Shown here in pieces: positions 30,922-39,995 of a stretch of DNA of 56,292 bases. Origin of the DNA: Clostridia bacterium (GTDB lineage Bacteria > Bacillota > Clostridia > Oscillospirales > SIG627). A model generated the notes under the pieces. It saw nothing but the letters and a program-made list of their open reading frames with translations. It did not search any database and was not told where the DNA came from. The stretch covers positions 1-56,292 of the forward strand of contig JAFSID010000013.1 in NCBI GenBank assembly GCA_017439965.1, written 5' to 3'. The position numbers and the translations under genes are program-made. Each line of letters starts with the position of its first letter. Within the stretch, counting starts at the first letter, position 1.

Positions 30922-30953
30922 AAAAAGAAACGGCGTGACAAGAGTCACGCCGT
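30922..30953 (-). terminator. Terminator of the corC-like gene
   Basis: ACGGCGTGAC-TCTT-GTCACGCCGT followed by TTCTTTTT on the minus strand. Confidence 0.8.
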
Positions 30954-30958
30954 AGCAA

Positions 30959-32266
30959 TTATTCGTCCTTGCCGTCCTCATCGGAATCCTTGGACTTCTT
31001 CTTATCGTCCTCGTCATCCTCGGTCTTTTCAAAGAGCTCAACGCGGACGGAGGTAACTCTGTGAGACTCACAAACCTCAACCGTCAGAATACCGAAGTCG
31101 GTCTCAAGTCGGTCTCCCTCCTCGGCAACCTTTTCAAGTCGCTCTGCAACGAAGCCTCCGAGAGAAACGCTGTCGGTCTCGAAATCGTCAAGGTCAAAAC
31201 GGCTCTTGAAGTCCTCCATATTGACACCGCCCTCAACGAGATAAAGTCTCTCGCCGATCTCACGGTAATCCTCGACAACCTCGTCGTGCTCGTCCCATAT
31301 CTCTCCGACAAGCTCCTCAAGAATATCCTCCATCGTAACTATACCGAGAGTTCCGCCGTACTCGTCAAGCACGACTGCAATGTGGGATTTCTCCTCCTGA
31401 AGTCTCTTGAGAATACTGGTAATCTTTTCTGTCTGGTTGATAAAGATAGGCTCAGAGGAAATATCCTTGATATCTCCCTTGTACATACCGCCGTTAACGT
31501 AGAAGTCCTTCTGATGAATAACGCCGACGATATTGTCAATGTTATCCTCGTAGAGAAGAAGTCTTGAAAAACGTGTTTCGGTAAAGCAATCGGCAATCTC
31601 CTGCTTGGTAGCGGTAACGGGAAGAGCTTCAATGTTTATACGGTGAGTAAGTATTTCCTCAGCGCAACGGTCGGTAAACTCGATAGCGTTCTTCAAAAGC
31701 TCGCCCTCGTCGTCGTTGATGCTACCCTCCTGCTGACCCTCTTCAACGAGAATAAGCAGCTCCTCCTGAGAAACACCCTCCTCCTCTTCTGCCTTGAAAA
31801 GCACGTAGATGAGCTTTCTCCACAAGGAGAAAATGAAGTTGAAGGGAGTGAGAAGAATCAAAAAGAACTTAAGTAAGCGCACGGTTGCCATTGCGAATTT
31901 TTCTGCAAAGTTTCTCGCAAGGGTCTTGGGCGTTATCTCACCGAAGATGAGAACGACAACGGTTACCGCAACGGTTGAAACGGTTGCCGCAACGTCCTGA
32001 TCCTGAATGAGCTTTACGAAAACGATGGTAGCCATTGAGGAAAGCAGAATGTTAACCACGTTGTTACCGATAAGTATTGTGGAAATAAGCTTATCGTACT
32101 GCTCAGTAAGAGCAAGCACCATATCCGCCTTTTTGTTACCCTTTTCCGAAAGAGCCTTAAGGCGAGTTTTATTTACCGAGGAAAAAGCCGTCTCGGTAGC
32201 CGAGAAATACGCGGAAAGCACAAGGCAGACCGCCATAACGATTAAATAGGGTATGTATTCCGTCAT
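30959..32266 (-). CDS. HlyC/CorC (CNNM-CBS-CorC) family protein, probable Mg2+/Co2+ exporter
   Basis: [31 protein letters not shown] and [30 protein letters not shown]. Confidence 0.92.
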   Translation of the reverse strand: MTEYIPYLIVMAVCLVLSAYFSATETAFSSVNKTRLKALSEKGNKKADMVLALTEQYDKLISTILIGNNVVNILLSSMATIVFVKLIQDQDVAATVSTVAVTVVVLIFGEITPKTLARNFAEKFAMATVRLLKFFLILLTPFNFIFSLWRKLIYVLFKAEEEEGVSQEELLILVEEGQQEGSINDDEGELLKNAIEFTDRCAEEILTHRINIEALPVTATKQEIADCFTETRFSRLLLYEDNIDNIVGVIHQKDFYVNGGMYKGDIKDISSEPIFINQTEKITSILKRLQEEKSHIAVVLDEYGGTLGIVTMEDILEELVGEIWDEHDEVVEDYREIGERLYLVEGGVNMEDFKSRFDLDDFETDSVSLGGFVAERLEKVAEEGDRLETDFGILTVEVCESHRVTSVRVELFEKTEDDEDDKKKSKDSDEDGKDE

Positions 32267-32406
32267 AAAGCAAACACCTCATCATTCCTGAAAATAGACA
32301 CAAAAAGGCATACCTGCACACCTTTAGTGCGCGCAGATATGCCGAAATCTATTTCATTATTAAAAATACAAGTGTTCGCGTCAGGGTCGCAACTGTCGCC
32401 GTCCAT
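32263..32406 (-). CDS. Putative 47-aa leader peptide upstream of the corC-like gene
   Basis: [56 protein letters not shown]; its stop overlaps the corC start (ATGA). Confidence 0.55.
   Translation of the reverse strand: MDGDSCDPDANTCIFNNEIDFGISARTKGVQVCLFVSIFRNDEVFAL
32302..32343 (-). terminator. Attenuator terminator in the corC 5' leader
   Basis: 15-bp stem GGCAUAUCUGCGCGC/GUGUGCAGGUAUGCC (3 G-U pairs) plus UUUUU, ending about 35 nt before the corC start. Confidence 0.75.
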
Positions 32407-32442
32407 TATCCGTATCATCCTCCTTGGATTTTATTCGAGGGA

Positions 32443-32471
32443 ATTATAACAAATAAAAGGGCTTTTGTCAA
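32443..32471 (-). promoter_or_regulatory. Consensus SigA promoter for leader-corC
   Basis: TTGACA-N17-TATAAT with TG extension; overlaps the ABC gene terminator hairpin (32455-32479). Confidence 0.8.
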
Positions 32472-32486
32472 GCCCTTTTACTAAAA

Positions 32487-34199
32487 TTAAGCTCTGAGAT
32501 GCGAGCGGTAAAGTCCTGCGTAAACTCCGCCCTTTTCGAGAAGCTCGGTATGAGTTCCTCTCTCGGTAATTCTTCCGTCGGATACGACGACTATCTCATC
32601 CGCGCCCTGAACGGTGGAGAGTCTGTGAGCAACGATAAGCGTCGTTCTTCCCTCGCAAAGCTCGTTGAGAGCGTTCTGTATAAGTATCTCGGTCGCGTTG
32701 TCGAGAGCGCTCGTTGCCTCATCGAGAATAAGAATGGGAGGATTCTTGAGGAATATTCTCGCAATCGACAGCCTCTGCTTCTGACCGCCCGAAAGCCTTA
32801 CGCCTCTCTCACCGACCTCAGTGTCGTAGCCCTTTTCAAGAGTGGTTATATAATCGTGTATACCCGCCTTCTTAGCCGCCTCGATAACCTCCTCCTCGGT
32901 AGCGTCGGGTCTGCCGTAAAGAATGTTATCACGGATGGTGGAGTTGAACAGATACACGTCCTGCTGAACGATACCGATATTACGGCGAATGGATTCACGC
33001 GTATAGCTTTCGGCAGGCCTTCCGTCAAGGAAAAGCTCTCCGTTTTCAATATCGTAAAATCTCGGAATGAGATGGCATACGGTAGTCTTACCGCCTCCGC
33101 TCGGTCCGACGAGCGCAACCGTCTTACCCTTTTCAAGCTTCAAATCAATTCCGTGAAGCACGTCGTGTACTCCGTCGTAGCCGTAGGATACCGAACGGAA
33201 TTCAATCTCACCCTCAAGCACTCCTGCGTCAACAGCGCCCTCACTGTCCTTTTCGGGCTCAGCGTCAAGCACCTCAAGAAATCTCTCAAAGCCCGTAACA
33301 CCGTTCTGATACTGCTCCATAAAGTTAATAAGAGTCATAACGGGAGACAGAAACATATTGACCGATACGACGAACGCAGAATAGTCTCCGAAGAGTATAT
33401 AGCCCTTGTAATAGAAAAATCCGCCCGCAATAAGCACTATAACGTTGAATATATCGGTAATAAAGGCGGTTGATGCGTGAAACTGTCCCATTGCCTTATA
33501 CGCCTTGTGCCTTGCGCGGATAAAGTCCTCGTTGCCCTCCTCGAACTTTTCCTGCTCCTTTGCGGAATTATTGTAAGCCTTGGTGGTACGGATACCCGAG
33601 ATGCTTCCCTCGATGCAGGCGTTTATCTTGCCCACTGCCTCACGGCTTTCCTTGAAGGCGTTTCGCATCTTGACTCTCAGCTTCATTGCCGCTATCAGTA
33701 AAAACGGTACTGCGACGAAGATGGTCAGCGTGAGACGGATATCAATGGTTGAAAGAAATACGAAGGATGCAATTGCGGTGATTGTGGAAATAAGCAGGTT
33801 TTCAGGACCGTGATGAGCAAGCTCGGAAATCTCCCAGAGGTCACTCGTCATACGGGTCATAAGCTTACCCGTTTCGTGATTGTCAAAATAGCTGTACGGA
33901 AGCTTTTCAAGATGTGTGAAGAGCTCGCTTCTCATCTGTGCCTGCATTTTAACGCCCATAACGTGACCGTAATACTGGATAAAATAATTGAGAAGCATAC
34001 GCACGACGTAAAGGGCAAGCAGACCGAGACCCGCCCAAACGACCAGTCTGTATTTTCCGTTGGGTATCAGATCGTTGAGCATTTCACGGGTAAGTATCGG
34101 GTAAAGTATTGCTATAAGCGCAACGAAAAGCGATGCCGTCATATCCCAGAAGAAGATTCTTTTGTGTGGCTTGTAATATGACAAAAATCTTTTTAACAT
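32487..34199 (-). CDS. ABC exporter, fused permease/ATPase (MsbA/YwjA-like)
   Basis: Start ATG 34199. SELAHHGPE, GPSGGGKT, LSGGQKQR, ILDEATSALD and AHRLST motifs. Confidence 0.93.
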   Translation of the reverse strand: MLKRFLSYYKPHKRIFFWDMTASLFVALIAILYPILTREMLNDLIPNGKYRLVVWAGLGLLALYVVRMLLNYFIQYYGHVMGVKMQAQMRSELFTHLEKLPYSYFDNHETGKLMTRMTSDLWEISELAHHGPENLLISTITAIASFVFLSTIDIRLTLTIFVAVPFLLIAAMKLRVKMRNAFKESREAVGKINACIEGSISGIRTTKAYNNSAKEQEKFEEGNEDFIRARHKAYKAMGQFHASTAFITDIFNVIVLIAGGFFYYKGYILFGDYSAFVVSVNMFLSPVMTLINFMEQYQNGVTGFERFLEVLDAEPEKDSEGAVDAGVLEGEIEFRSVSYGYDGVHDVLHGIDLKLEKGKTVALVGPSGGGKTTVCHLIPRFYDIENGELFLDGRPAESYTRESIRRNIGIVQQDVYLFNSTIRDNILYGRPDATEEEVIEAAKKAGIHDYITTLEKGYDTEVGERGVRLSGGQKQRLSIARIFLKNPPILILDEATSALDNATEILIQNALNELCEGRTTLIVAHRLSTVQGADEIVVVSDGRITERGTHTELLEKGGVYAGLYRSHLRA

Positions 34200-34209
34200 C
34201 TTTTTCTCC

Positions 34210-34797
34210 TTAGTTATAATGGCACATTGCAGTGTCAATTCCCTCTCTGAGCATTTCGCAAAGTGCGGCGTGAGTGTTTGTAAAGGCGTCAAACATAAGC
34301 TTCTCGTCTGACTTGGGAAATCTTCCAAGCACCCAGTCCTTCATATCGTAATCGGGATGAGGAGGCGAGCCGACGCCTATCTTTATTCTCGGGAAATCCG
34401 AGGAATTAAGATGCGCCGTAATTGACTTTATTCCGTTGTGACCTCCGTGAGAGCCCTTGCGGCGAAGTCTTATCTTACCGGGCACGAGAGAAATATCGTC
34501 GAAAATAACGATAACGTTTTCGGGAGGGATATTATAAAACTTTGCCGCCTCGCCGATAGCGAGTCCCGAATCGTTCATATAGGTCTGTGGCTTCATAAAG
34601 AGGATTCTCTGTCCCTCTATCTCACCGTCGAAGCAAGCGGAATGGAATTTCACCTTACCCGAGCCGACTCCTATCTTCTCTAAAATATAGTCGAGCGCAA
34701 GGTAGCCTGCGTTATGTCTTGTAAAGACGTACTCCTTACCCGGATTGCCGAGACCTGCGACAATATAGGTATAGGTCTTATTATTAAAAAGCTTCAT
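34210..34797 (-). CDS. pth: Peptidyl-tRNA hydrolase
   Basis: AGLGNPG, TRHNAG, KPQTYMNDSG and GGHNGIKS motifs. Confidence 0.97.
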   Translation of the reverse strand: MKLFNNKTYTYIVAGLGNPGKEYVFTRHNAGYLALDYILEKIGVGSGKVKFHSACFDGEIEGQRILFMKPQTYMNDSGLAIGEAAKFYNIPPENVIVIFDDISLVPGKIRLRRKGSHGGHNGIKSITAHLNSSDFPRIKIGVGSPPHPDYDMKDWVLGRFPKSDEKLMFDAFTNTHAALCEMLREGIDTAMCHYN

Positions 34798-35965
34798 TGT
34801 ATATCACCTGATGTTCAAGAGTTTTGAGCGCGTTTTCGATGAGAGCTTTGCGGTCGAGACCTTCCTCGGCGCGAATTACCTTTTCAAGCACGGGTCGTGT
34901 TCTCGGATGAGGAGGCGTGAATACCGTACAGCAATCCTCGTACGGCTCGATTGAAGTCGCAAAGGTATCAATGCGACGGGCTATCTGTACTATTTCCTCC
35001 TTGTCCATTCCAATCAGCGGACGGAACACGGGAATCGTCGGCACGCAGTCGGTTACCGCAAGAGCCTGCATTGTCTGACTTGCAACCTGACCGATGCTCT
35101 CGCCCGTTATCAGCGCGTTAGCGTTAACGCGACGGGCAACCTCGTCGGCAATCTCCATCATAAAGCGACGGAGAATAAGAGTGAAATAATCGTACTCGCA
35201 GTTGTCTCGGATAGCCTCCTGAATTTCCGTAAGAGACACCTTATTAAAATGCATCTTGTCGGTATAACGGCAAAGCTTACCTGCAAGCGTCTTTACCTTT
35301 TCAAGCGCGCGCTCGGAGGTATAAGGGAAGCTTTCAAAGTGGAGCGCATCCACCTCAACGCCTCTCTTTGCCATCATCCAGCCTGCAACGGGAGAGTCGA
35401 TACCTCCCGACAGAAGAAGCAGGCCTCTGCCTCCCGTTCCATAGGGAAGACCTCCCGCGCCCATCGTTTTTCCTGCGTGAATGAAGGCGTATTTCTCACG
35501 CACCTCTATCATAACCGTTATCTCGGGGTTGATGACGTCAACCGCAATATCGGGGCATTTTTCGGAAAGCTCTCCGCCTACCTCCATCATAATCTGAGGA
35601 GTCGTATAAGGGAAGGTCTTGTCACTTCTTCTTGCGTCCGCCTTGAAGGAGCGATAGCCCTCAAGGTGAGGCGGAATGTACTCAAGCGCAACTCTCATAA
35701 TCTCCTCCATGCTCTTTTCGGCACGGTAGGCAATACAAAGGGAAACTATTCCGAAAATTCTGGAAAGCGCGTCGTGAGCTATCTCAACGTCCTCGTCACG
35801 CTCGGGAGTGACGTAGACGGTGGACTGCATATATTCAAGCTCGTATTCACCGATAAGTCCCTTGAGACGACGGCGAATCGAATCGGCAAGCTGTTTTTCA
35901 AAGGCACGTCTGTTTGCGCCCTTCAGAATTATCTCACCGTATTTTAAAAGTATGGTTCTTTTCAT
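34784..35965 (-). CDS. thiI: tRNA 4-thiouridine synthase ThiI
   Basis: KYGEIILKG, THUMP domain, LLSGGIDSPVA, TGESIGQVASQT and EDCC motifs. Confidence 0.96.
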   Translation of the reverse strand: MKRTILLKYGEIILKGANRRAFEKQLADSIRRRLKGLIGEYELEYMQSTVYVTPERDEDVEIAHDALSRIFGIVSLCIAYRAEKSMEEIMRVALEYIPPHLEGYRSFKADARRSDKTFPYTTPQIMMEVGGELSEKCPDIAVDVINPEITVMIEVREKYAFIHAGKTMGAGGLPYGTGGRGLLLLSGGIDSPVAGWMMAKRGVEVDALHFESFPYTSERALEKVKTLAGKLCRYTDKMHFNKVSLTEIQEAIRDNCEYDYFTLILRRFMMEIADEVARRVNANALITGESIGQVASQTMQALAVTDCVPTIPVFRPLIGMDKEEIVQIARRIDTFATSIEPYEDCCTVFTPPHPRTRPVLEKVIRAEEGLDRKALIENALKTLEHQVIYNEAF

Positions 35966-37092
35966 TATCTGTTACCTTTCAAGCGTTGTATTTCCTCTTT
36001 TAAAGCCGTTGCGAAGGCTTCTATTTCCTCCTCGGTGTTAAGACCCGAAAGACTTACTCTGACTGCTCCCTCAAGTCCCGATTTATCAAGACCGAACGCC
36101 TCGAGCACCGAGCTTGTTTTAGCCTTTGAGGAGCAGGCAGACCCGCTGGAAACGAATATGCCTCTTGCAGACAGCGAGTGAAGGAGCGTTTCACTTCTTA
36201 TTCCCTTGACCGAGAGGTTCGTGACTGTCGGGCTTTTTCTTTCGGGGAGGTTTAAGGTCACCCCGTCAACCTCGGACAAAAGTGTCACAAGTCTATCCGA
36301 CAGAGCCGAAAGCCTTTGAGTCCTTTCTCTATCTTTTGCAAGAGACTCAATTGAAGCACCGAGGGAGGCAATTCCGACGGTATTCTCGGTACCGCTTCTC
36401 ATTCCCTTTTCCTGACCTCCGCCGAAAATTACGGGTGCGAGAGGTATGGGCTTTAAAAGTGCCAGAGCGCCGACGCCCTTGAGAGCGTGTACCTTATGCG
36501 CGGAGACCGACACCATATCAGCACCAAGCCCCGACAGAGTAAAGCTGTCCTTCAAAAAGGCTTGCACGCAATCCGAGTGTATAAGCGCTCTCGGATAACG
36601 CTTCTTGACTCTCTTGGAGATTTCAGCAACGGGATATATTGCGCCCGTCTCGTTGTTGGTATGCATGACCGACACGAGACACACGGGAGCGTCAAGAGAC
36701 GCTTCAAGCTCGTCCATATCGATTCTGCCCTCTCGGGTAGAAAGATAAACCACCTCAAAGCCACGTCGCTCAAGCTCACGACAGCATTCAAGCACCGACG
36801 GATGCTCGGAATTTGTGGTTATTATTCTGTTACCTGCACGGCGGTTTTTTTCAGCACCCGACAAAAGCGCTAAATTGTTTGCCTCGCTTCCCGAGGCAGT
36901 AAAGACGACCTGACCTGCACCGAGAAGCCTTGCAAGTGACTCACGCACGCGGGATATTACCTTCTCAGCCTCAAAGCCGAGCGTGTGAAGGCTGGAGGGG
37001 TTTCCGTAAAGAGAGAGGGCTTCCCTTATCCTCTCCTCCACCTCGGGTATAAGAGGAGTCGTTGCAGCGTTGTCGAGATATATATTCGGCAT
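35965..37092 (-). CDS. iscS: Cysteine desulfurase (IscS/NifZ type, ThiI partner)
   Basis: YLDNAATT, GNPSSLH, SAHKVH, RSGTEN and SSGSACSS; adjacent to thiI. Confidence 0.9.
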   Translation of the reverse strand: MPNIYLDNAATTPLIPEVEERIREALSLYGNPSSLHTLGFEAEKVISRVRESLARLLGAGQVVFTASGSEANNLALLSGAEKNRRAGNRIITTNSEHPSVLECCRELERRGFEVVYLSTREGRIDMDELEASLDAPVCLVSVMHTNNETGAIYPVAEISKRVKKRYPRALIHSDCVQAFLKDSFTLSGLGADMVSVSAHKVHALKGVGALALLKPIPLAPVIFGGGQEKGMRSGTENTVGIASLGASIESLAKDRERTQRLSALSDRLVTLLSEVDGVTLNLPERKSPTVTNLSVKGIRSETLLHSLSARGIFVSSGSACSSKAKTSSVLEAFGLDKSGLEGAVRVSLSGLNTEEEIEAFATALKEEIQRLKGNR

Positions 37093-37199
37093 ATGTTGAC
37101 CTCAATTATTAAAAATTTGCTTACCTCTCTTGATTATATTATAAATTTGTATTATAATCAAGTAAGAGTTTGATTTTTTTGAAAAATTTTAGGTAAAAA

Positions 37200-38147
37200 A
37201 TGGATTACAATAACACAAAGCTTATACTTGCTCCTATGGCAGGCTTTGGAGATTCCGCCTTCCGCACCGTCTGTAAGCGATGGGGAGCGGACGAGGTCGT
37301 CAGCGAAATGATATCGGCTAAGGCCACCGTCTTTCGTGACAAAAAGACTCTTGAGCTTGCAAAGAGATGCGACGAGGAAACGCCCTTCCGCATACAGCTT
37401 TTCGGGTCAGAGCCCGAAATAATCGAGGAGGCGGCGTCAATACTTGCCGAAAAGTGCCGACCCGACGGCTTTGATATCAATATGGGCTGTCCCGTCGGAA
37501 AGATAGTCAAAAACGGTGAAGGCTCTGCTCTTATGAAAAATCCCGCGCTGGTTGAAAAAATCGTATATTCAGCCGTCAAGGGAGCAGGAGGCTTGCCCGT
37601 CAGCGTCAAGATAAGACGCGGATTTTCTCCCGATACCGTCAACGCAGTTGAGGTGGCTCTTGCCGCCGAGTCGGGAGGTGCCGACAGAATAGCCGTACAC
37701 GGAAGAACGCGCGACCAGATGTATATGCCCCCCGTGAATCTCGACGTTATTGCGGACGTCAAGCGCGCCGTCAAGGTGGAGGTCATCGGAAACGGTGATA
37801 TCACCTCTCCCGAGAAGGCTCTCGAAATGCTTGACAAAACGGGCTGTGACCACCTTATGATAGGCAGAGGAGCGCTCGGCAGACCTTGGATATTTTCCGA
37901 GATTTCCGCAGTGCTGAAGGGAAACGAAGCGCCCGTGATTCCTACGGGCGAGGCTTTGTATCAAGCAATGACGGAGCATCTGTCTCTCGCTCTTCAGGAC
38001 AAGGGCGAGTCTCGGGCAATTCCCGAGGCAAGAGCGCAGATTGCCCATTATATAAAGGGTGTGCGAGGAGCGGCAGAGGTAAGAAACCGAGTCAACCACG
38101 CCACGAGCTATAACGAAATTTGCGAAATACTTAAAACTATTCTATAA
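37200..38147 (+). CDS. dusB: tRNA-dihydrouridine synthase B
   Basis: LAPMAG, DINMGCPV, GSALM, VHGRTR, GNGDI and MIGRGALGRPWIF. Confidence 0.94.
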   Translation: MDYNNTKLILAPMAGFGDSAFRTVCKRWGADEVVSEMISAKATVFRDKKTLELAKRCDEETPFRIQLFGSEPEIIEEAASILAEKCRPDGFDINMGCPVGKIVKNGEGSALMKNPALVEKIVYSAVKGAGGLPVSVKIRRGFSPDTVNAVEVALAAESGGADRIAVHGRTRDQMYMPPVNLDVIADVKRAVKVEVIGNGDITSPEKALEMLDKTGCDHLMIGRGALGRPWIFSEISAVLKGNEAPVIPTGEALYQAMTEHLSLALQDKGESRAIPEARAQIAHYIKGVRGAAEVRNRVNHATSYNEICEILKTIL

Positions 38148-38184
38148 AAATATAAAAGCTGACGAAAGGAGTGTGACGGAGCAA

Positions 38185-38730
38185 ATGGATAACAATCTTA
38201 ACAAATCATATATCAATAAAATCCGTCACGGAGATATGCACGCCTTTGAAGAGCTTGTGCAATACAACACTCCCTTCGTAATGTCGGTCTGTCTGTCGCT
38301 TATGAAGAATAAGCATGATGCCGAGGACGCTTGTCAGGAGGTTTTCCTCAAGGTGTGGAAAAGTCTGTCACGCTTCAGAGGAGAAAGCGCCTTCACCACC
38401 TACTTATACACGGTGAGCCGTAACACCTGCCTTGATATTCTCAAGAAGAACGGCAAGAACGAGTGCGAGGAAATTCCCGAGGCGCTTGCCGACGGAAGCG
38501 GTACTCCCGAGGAGCAATATATCAAGCGTGAGTTCAACGAGCTTCTTGACGAATGTCTCAACGCGCTCGAGGAGGATATGAGAACGGTATTGCTTCTCAG
38601 GGAAAAGGCAGGTCTTTCATATACGGAAATTGCCGAAACGCTTCTCATTTCCGAGGGCACGGTGAAAAGCCGTATAAGTCGGGCAAGAGAAAAGCTTTTA
38701 AAATTAATGAAAGAAAAAAACGCTTTTTGA
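38185..38730 (+). CDS. ECF sigma factor (SigW/RpoE-like)
   Basis: AFEELV, DAEDACQEVFLKVW, FRGESAFTTYLY and LSYTEIAE..GTVKSRISRAR. Alternative GTG start at 38173. Confidence 0.92.
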   Translation: MDNNLNKSYINKIRHGDMHAFEELVQYNTPFVMSVCLSLMKNKHDAEDACQEVFLKVWKSLSRFRGESAFTTYLYTVSRNTCLDILKKNGKNECEEIPEALADGSGTPEEQYIKREFNELLDECLNALEEDMRTVLLLREKAGLSYTEIAETLLISEGTVKSRISRAREKLLKLMKEKNAF

Positions 38731-38731
38731 C

Positions 38732-38758
38732 GGAACTAAAATAAAAATTTTCCGTCAA
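38732..38758 (+). promoter_or_regulatory. Putative ECF-dependent promoter just after the sigma gene
   Basis: GGAAC-N16-CGTCAA fits the AAC/CGT ECF consensus; also forms an inverted repeat (38726-38759). Confidence 0.6.
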
Positions 38759-38777
38759 AGATAATAGAAACGGAATA

Positions 38778-39136
38778 GCGTGTCACCAAATACTCTGCGT
38801 ATTTCAAGGTGCTATTATCCCGCAGATAACGCGGTATTGGACAAAAATTTCAATTAATTCTACCGCTTGACAGTTTTGAATAAAGATTTTTGTTCAAGAC
38901 AAGGCGTCAAGGGTAGGAGCGCCGACGGAATACTTCCGTATTTCGAGGCGGTCATATCCCGCAGATACGCGGTATTGGACAAAAATTTCAATTAATTCTA
39001 CCGCTTGACAGTTTTGAATAAAGATTTTTGTTCAAGACAAGGCATCAAGGGTAGGAGCGCCGACGGAATACTTCCGTATTTCGAGGCGGTCATATCCCGT
39101 AGATAACGCGGTATTGGACAAAAAGATTATTCAAAA
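38778..39136. repeat. Tandem 138/139-bp structured repeat (2 full units plus partial and diverged flanks)
   Basis: Units start at 38816, 38955 and 39093 and differ at only a few positions; diverged copy at 38778-38815. Imperfect terminal inverted repeats TTTTGAATAAAGATTTTTGTTCAA / TTGGACAAAAAGATTATTCAAAA. Confidence 0.9.
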
Positions 39137-39157
39137 AAAGGAGGTAAGAGTATCATT

Positions 39158-39985
39158 ATGACCTGTAACGACTTTCGTTCATATATGTGGGAAGATAACG
39201 TCCCCGACGAAGCTTTAAAGCATCTCGAGGAATGTCCCGAATGTAAAAAAGAATACGAGCTTGTAAAAAAGATGCGTAGCTCTCTTGCCTCAAGCGAGGA
39301 TATGACGGGAAGAATTATGGCAAGAATCGTAAAGGAAAAGCGCCGTCAGATATTCAAGACGGTGTCGAGAATTGCCGCAGCCCTCGTTATTCTTTTTGCA
39401 GTGGGTATTTTTGCAAGACTTGCTATCAACTCGGGCTTCGTTGCCAAGGAGAGTGTAAACGACAACGGTGCGTTTGAGAGTGAGGAGATAGGTTTTGTAA
39501 CAAAGAGCGAAAGCACTGCGTCGGACGACCGAGACTATTCAAGTGACGGAAGCCTGAACGATATATTCGACTACAACTATCCTATGGAGGCGGAGCCAGA
39601 GGAGGACTTCGTTCCGATGGAGCCCGAGTCACCCGCGCCCGAGCCCGAAACGGCGTCGGGCTCGCCCAATATGGAAAAAGACACCGTCGAGAGCGAGGAG
39701 GCGCCTGCTCACGACCTTTATATGCTCCTCAACGAGTACAAGGACAATCACGGAATATCACAGCACACCGCGGACATTATCGTCTCAGGTGGAAGTCTTG
39801 ACGAGGTGCTTGACACCCTTTATGAATTGGGCGCCGTAATCGTCGATTCTCACGTTGAAATAGACGGAGACTATTACTTTGAAGCGCAAACGCTTCTTGA
39901 AAAGGCAGGCTTTACCGTAGCACTTACGTCAAGCTCTGAAACTGTTAAGAAAACGCTTATTTACTTTGAAGATTTGCTGATTTAA
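39158..39985 (+). CDS. Zinc-binding anti-sigma factor (ZAS/zf-HC2, TM, acidic extracellular region)
   Basis: MTC..HLEECPECKKEY (HxxxCxxC), IAAALVILF TM segment, AAGGAGGT SD; downstream of the ECF sigma. Confidence 0.8.
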   Translation: MTCNDFRSYMWEDNVPDEALKHLEECPECKKEYELVKKMRSSLASSEDMTGRIMARIVKEKRRQIFKTVSRIAAALVILFAVGIFARLAINSGFVAKESVNDNGAFESEEIGFVTKSESTASDDRDYSSDGSLNDIFDYNYPMEAEPEEDFVPMEPESPAPEPETASGSPNMEKDTVESEEAPAHDLYMLLNEYKDNHGISQHTADIIVSGGSLDEVLDTLYELGAVIVDSHVEIDGDYYFEAQTLLEKAGFTVALTSSSETVKKTLIYFEDLLI

Positions 39986-39995
39986 GGGAGACGGT

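Noticed and set aside
38867-38900. SigA promoter from TTGACA within the tandem repeat
   Set aside because: No acceptable -10 hexamer 16-18 bp downstream.
38778-39136. Possible CRISPR array
   Set aside because: The intervening segments are near-identical rather than unique spacers, the period is 138-139 bp, and no cas genes are present.
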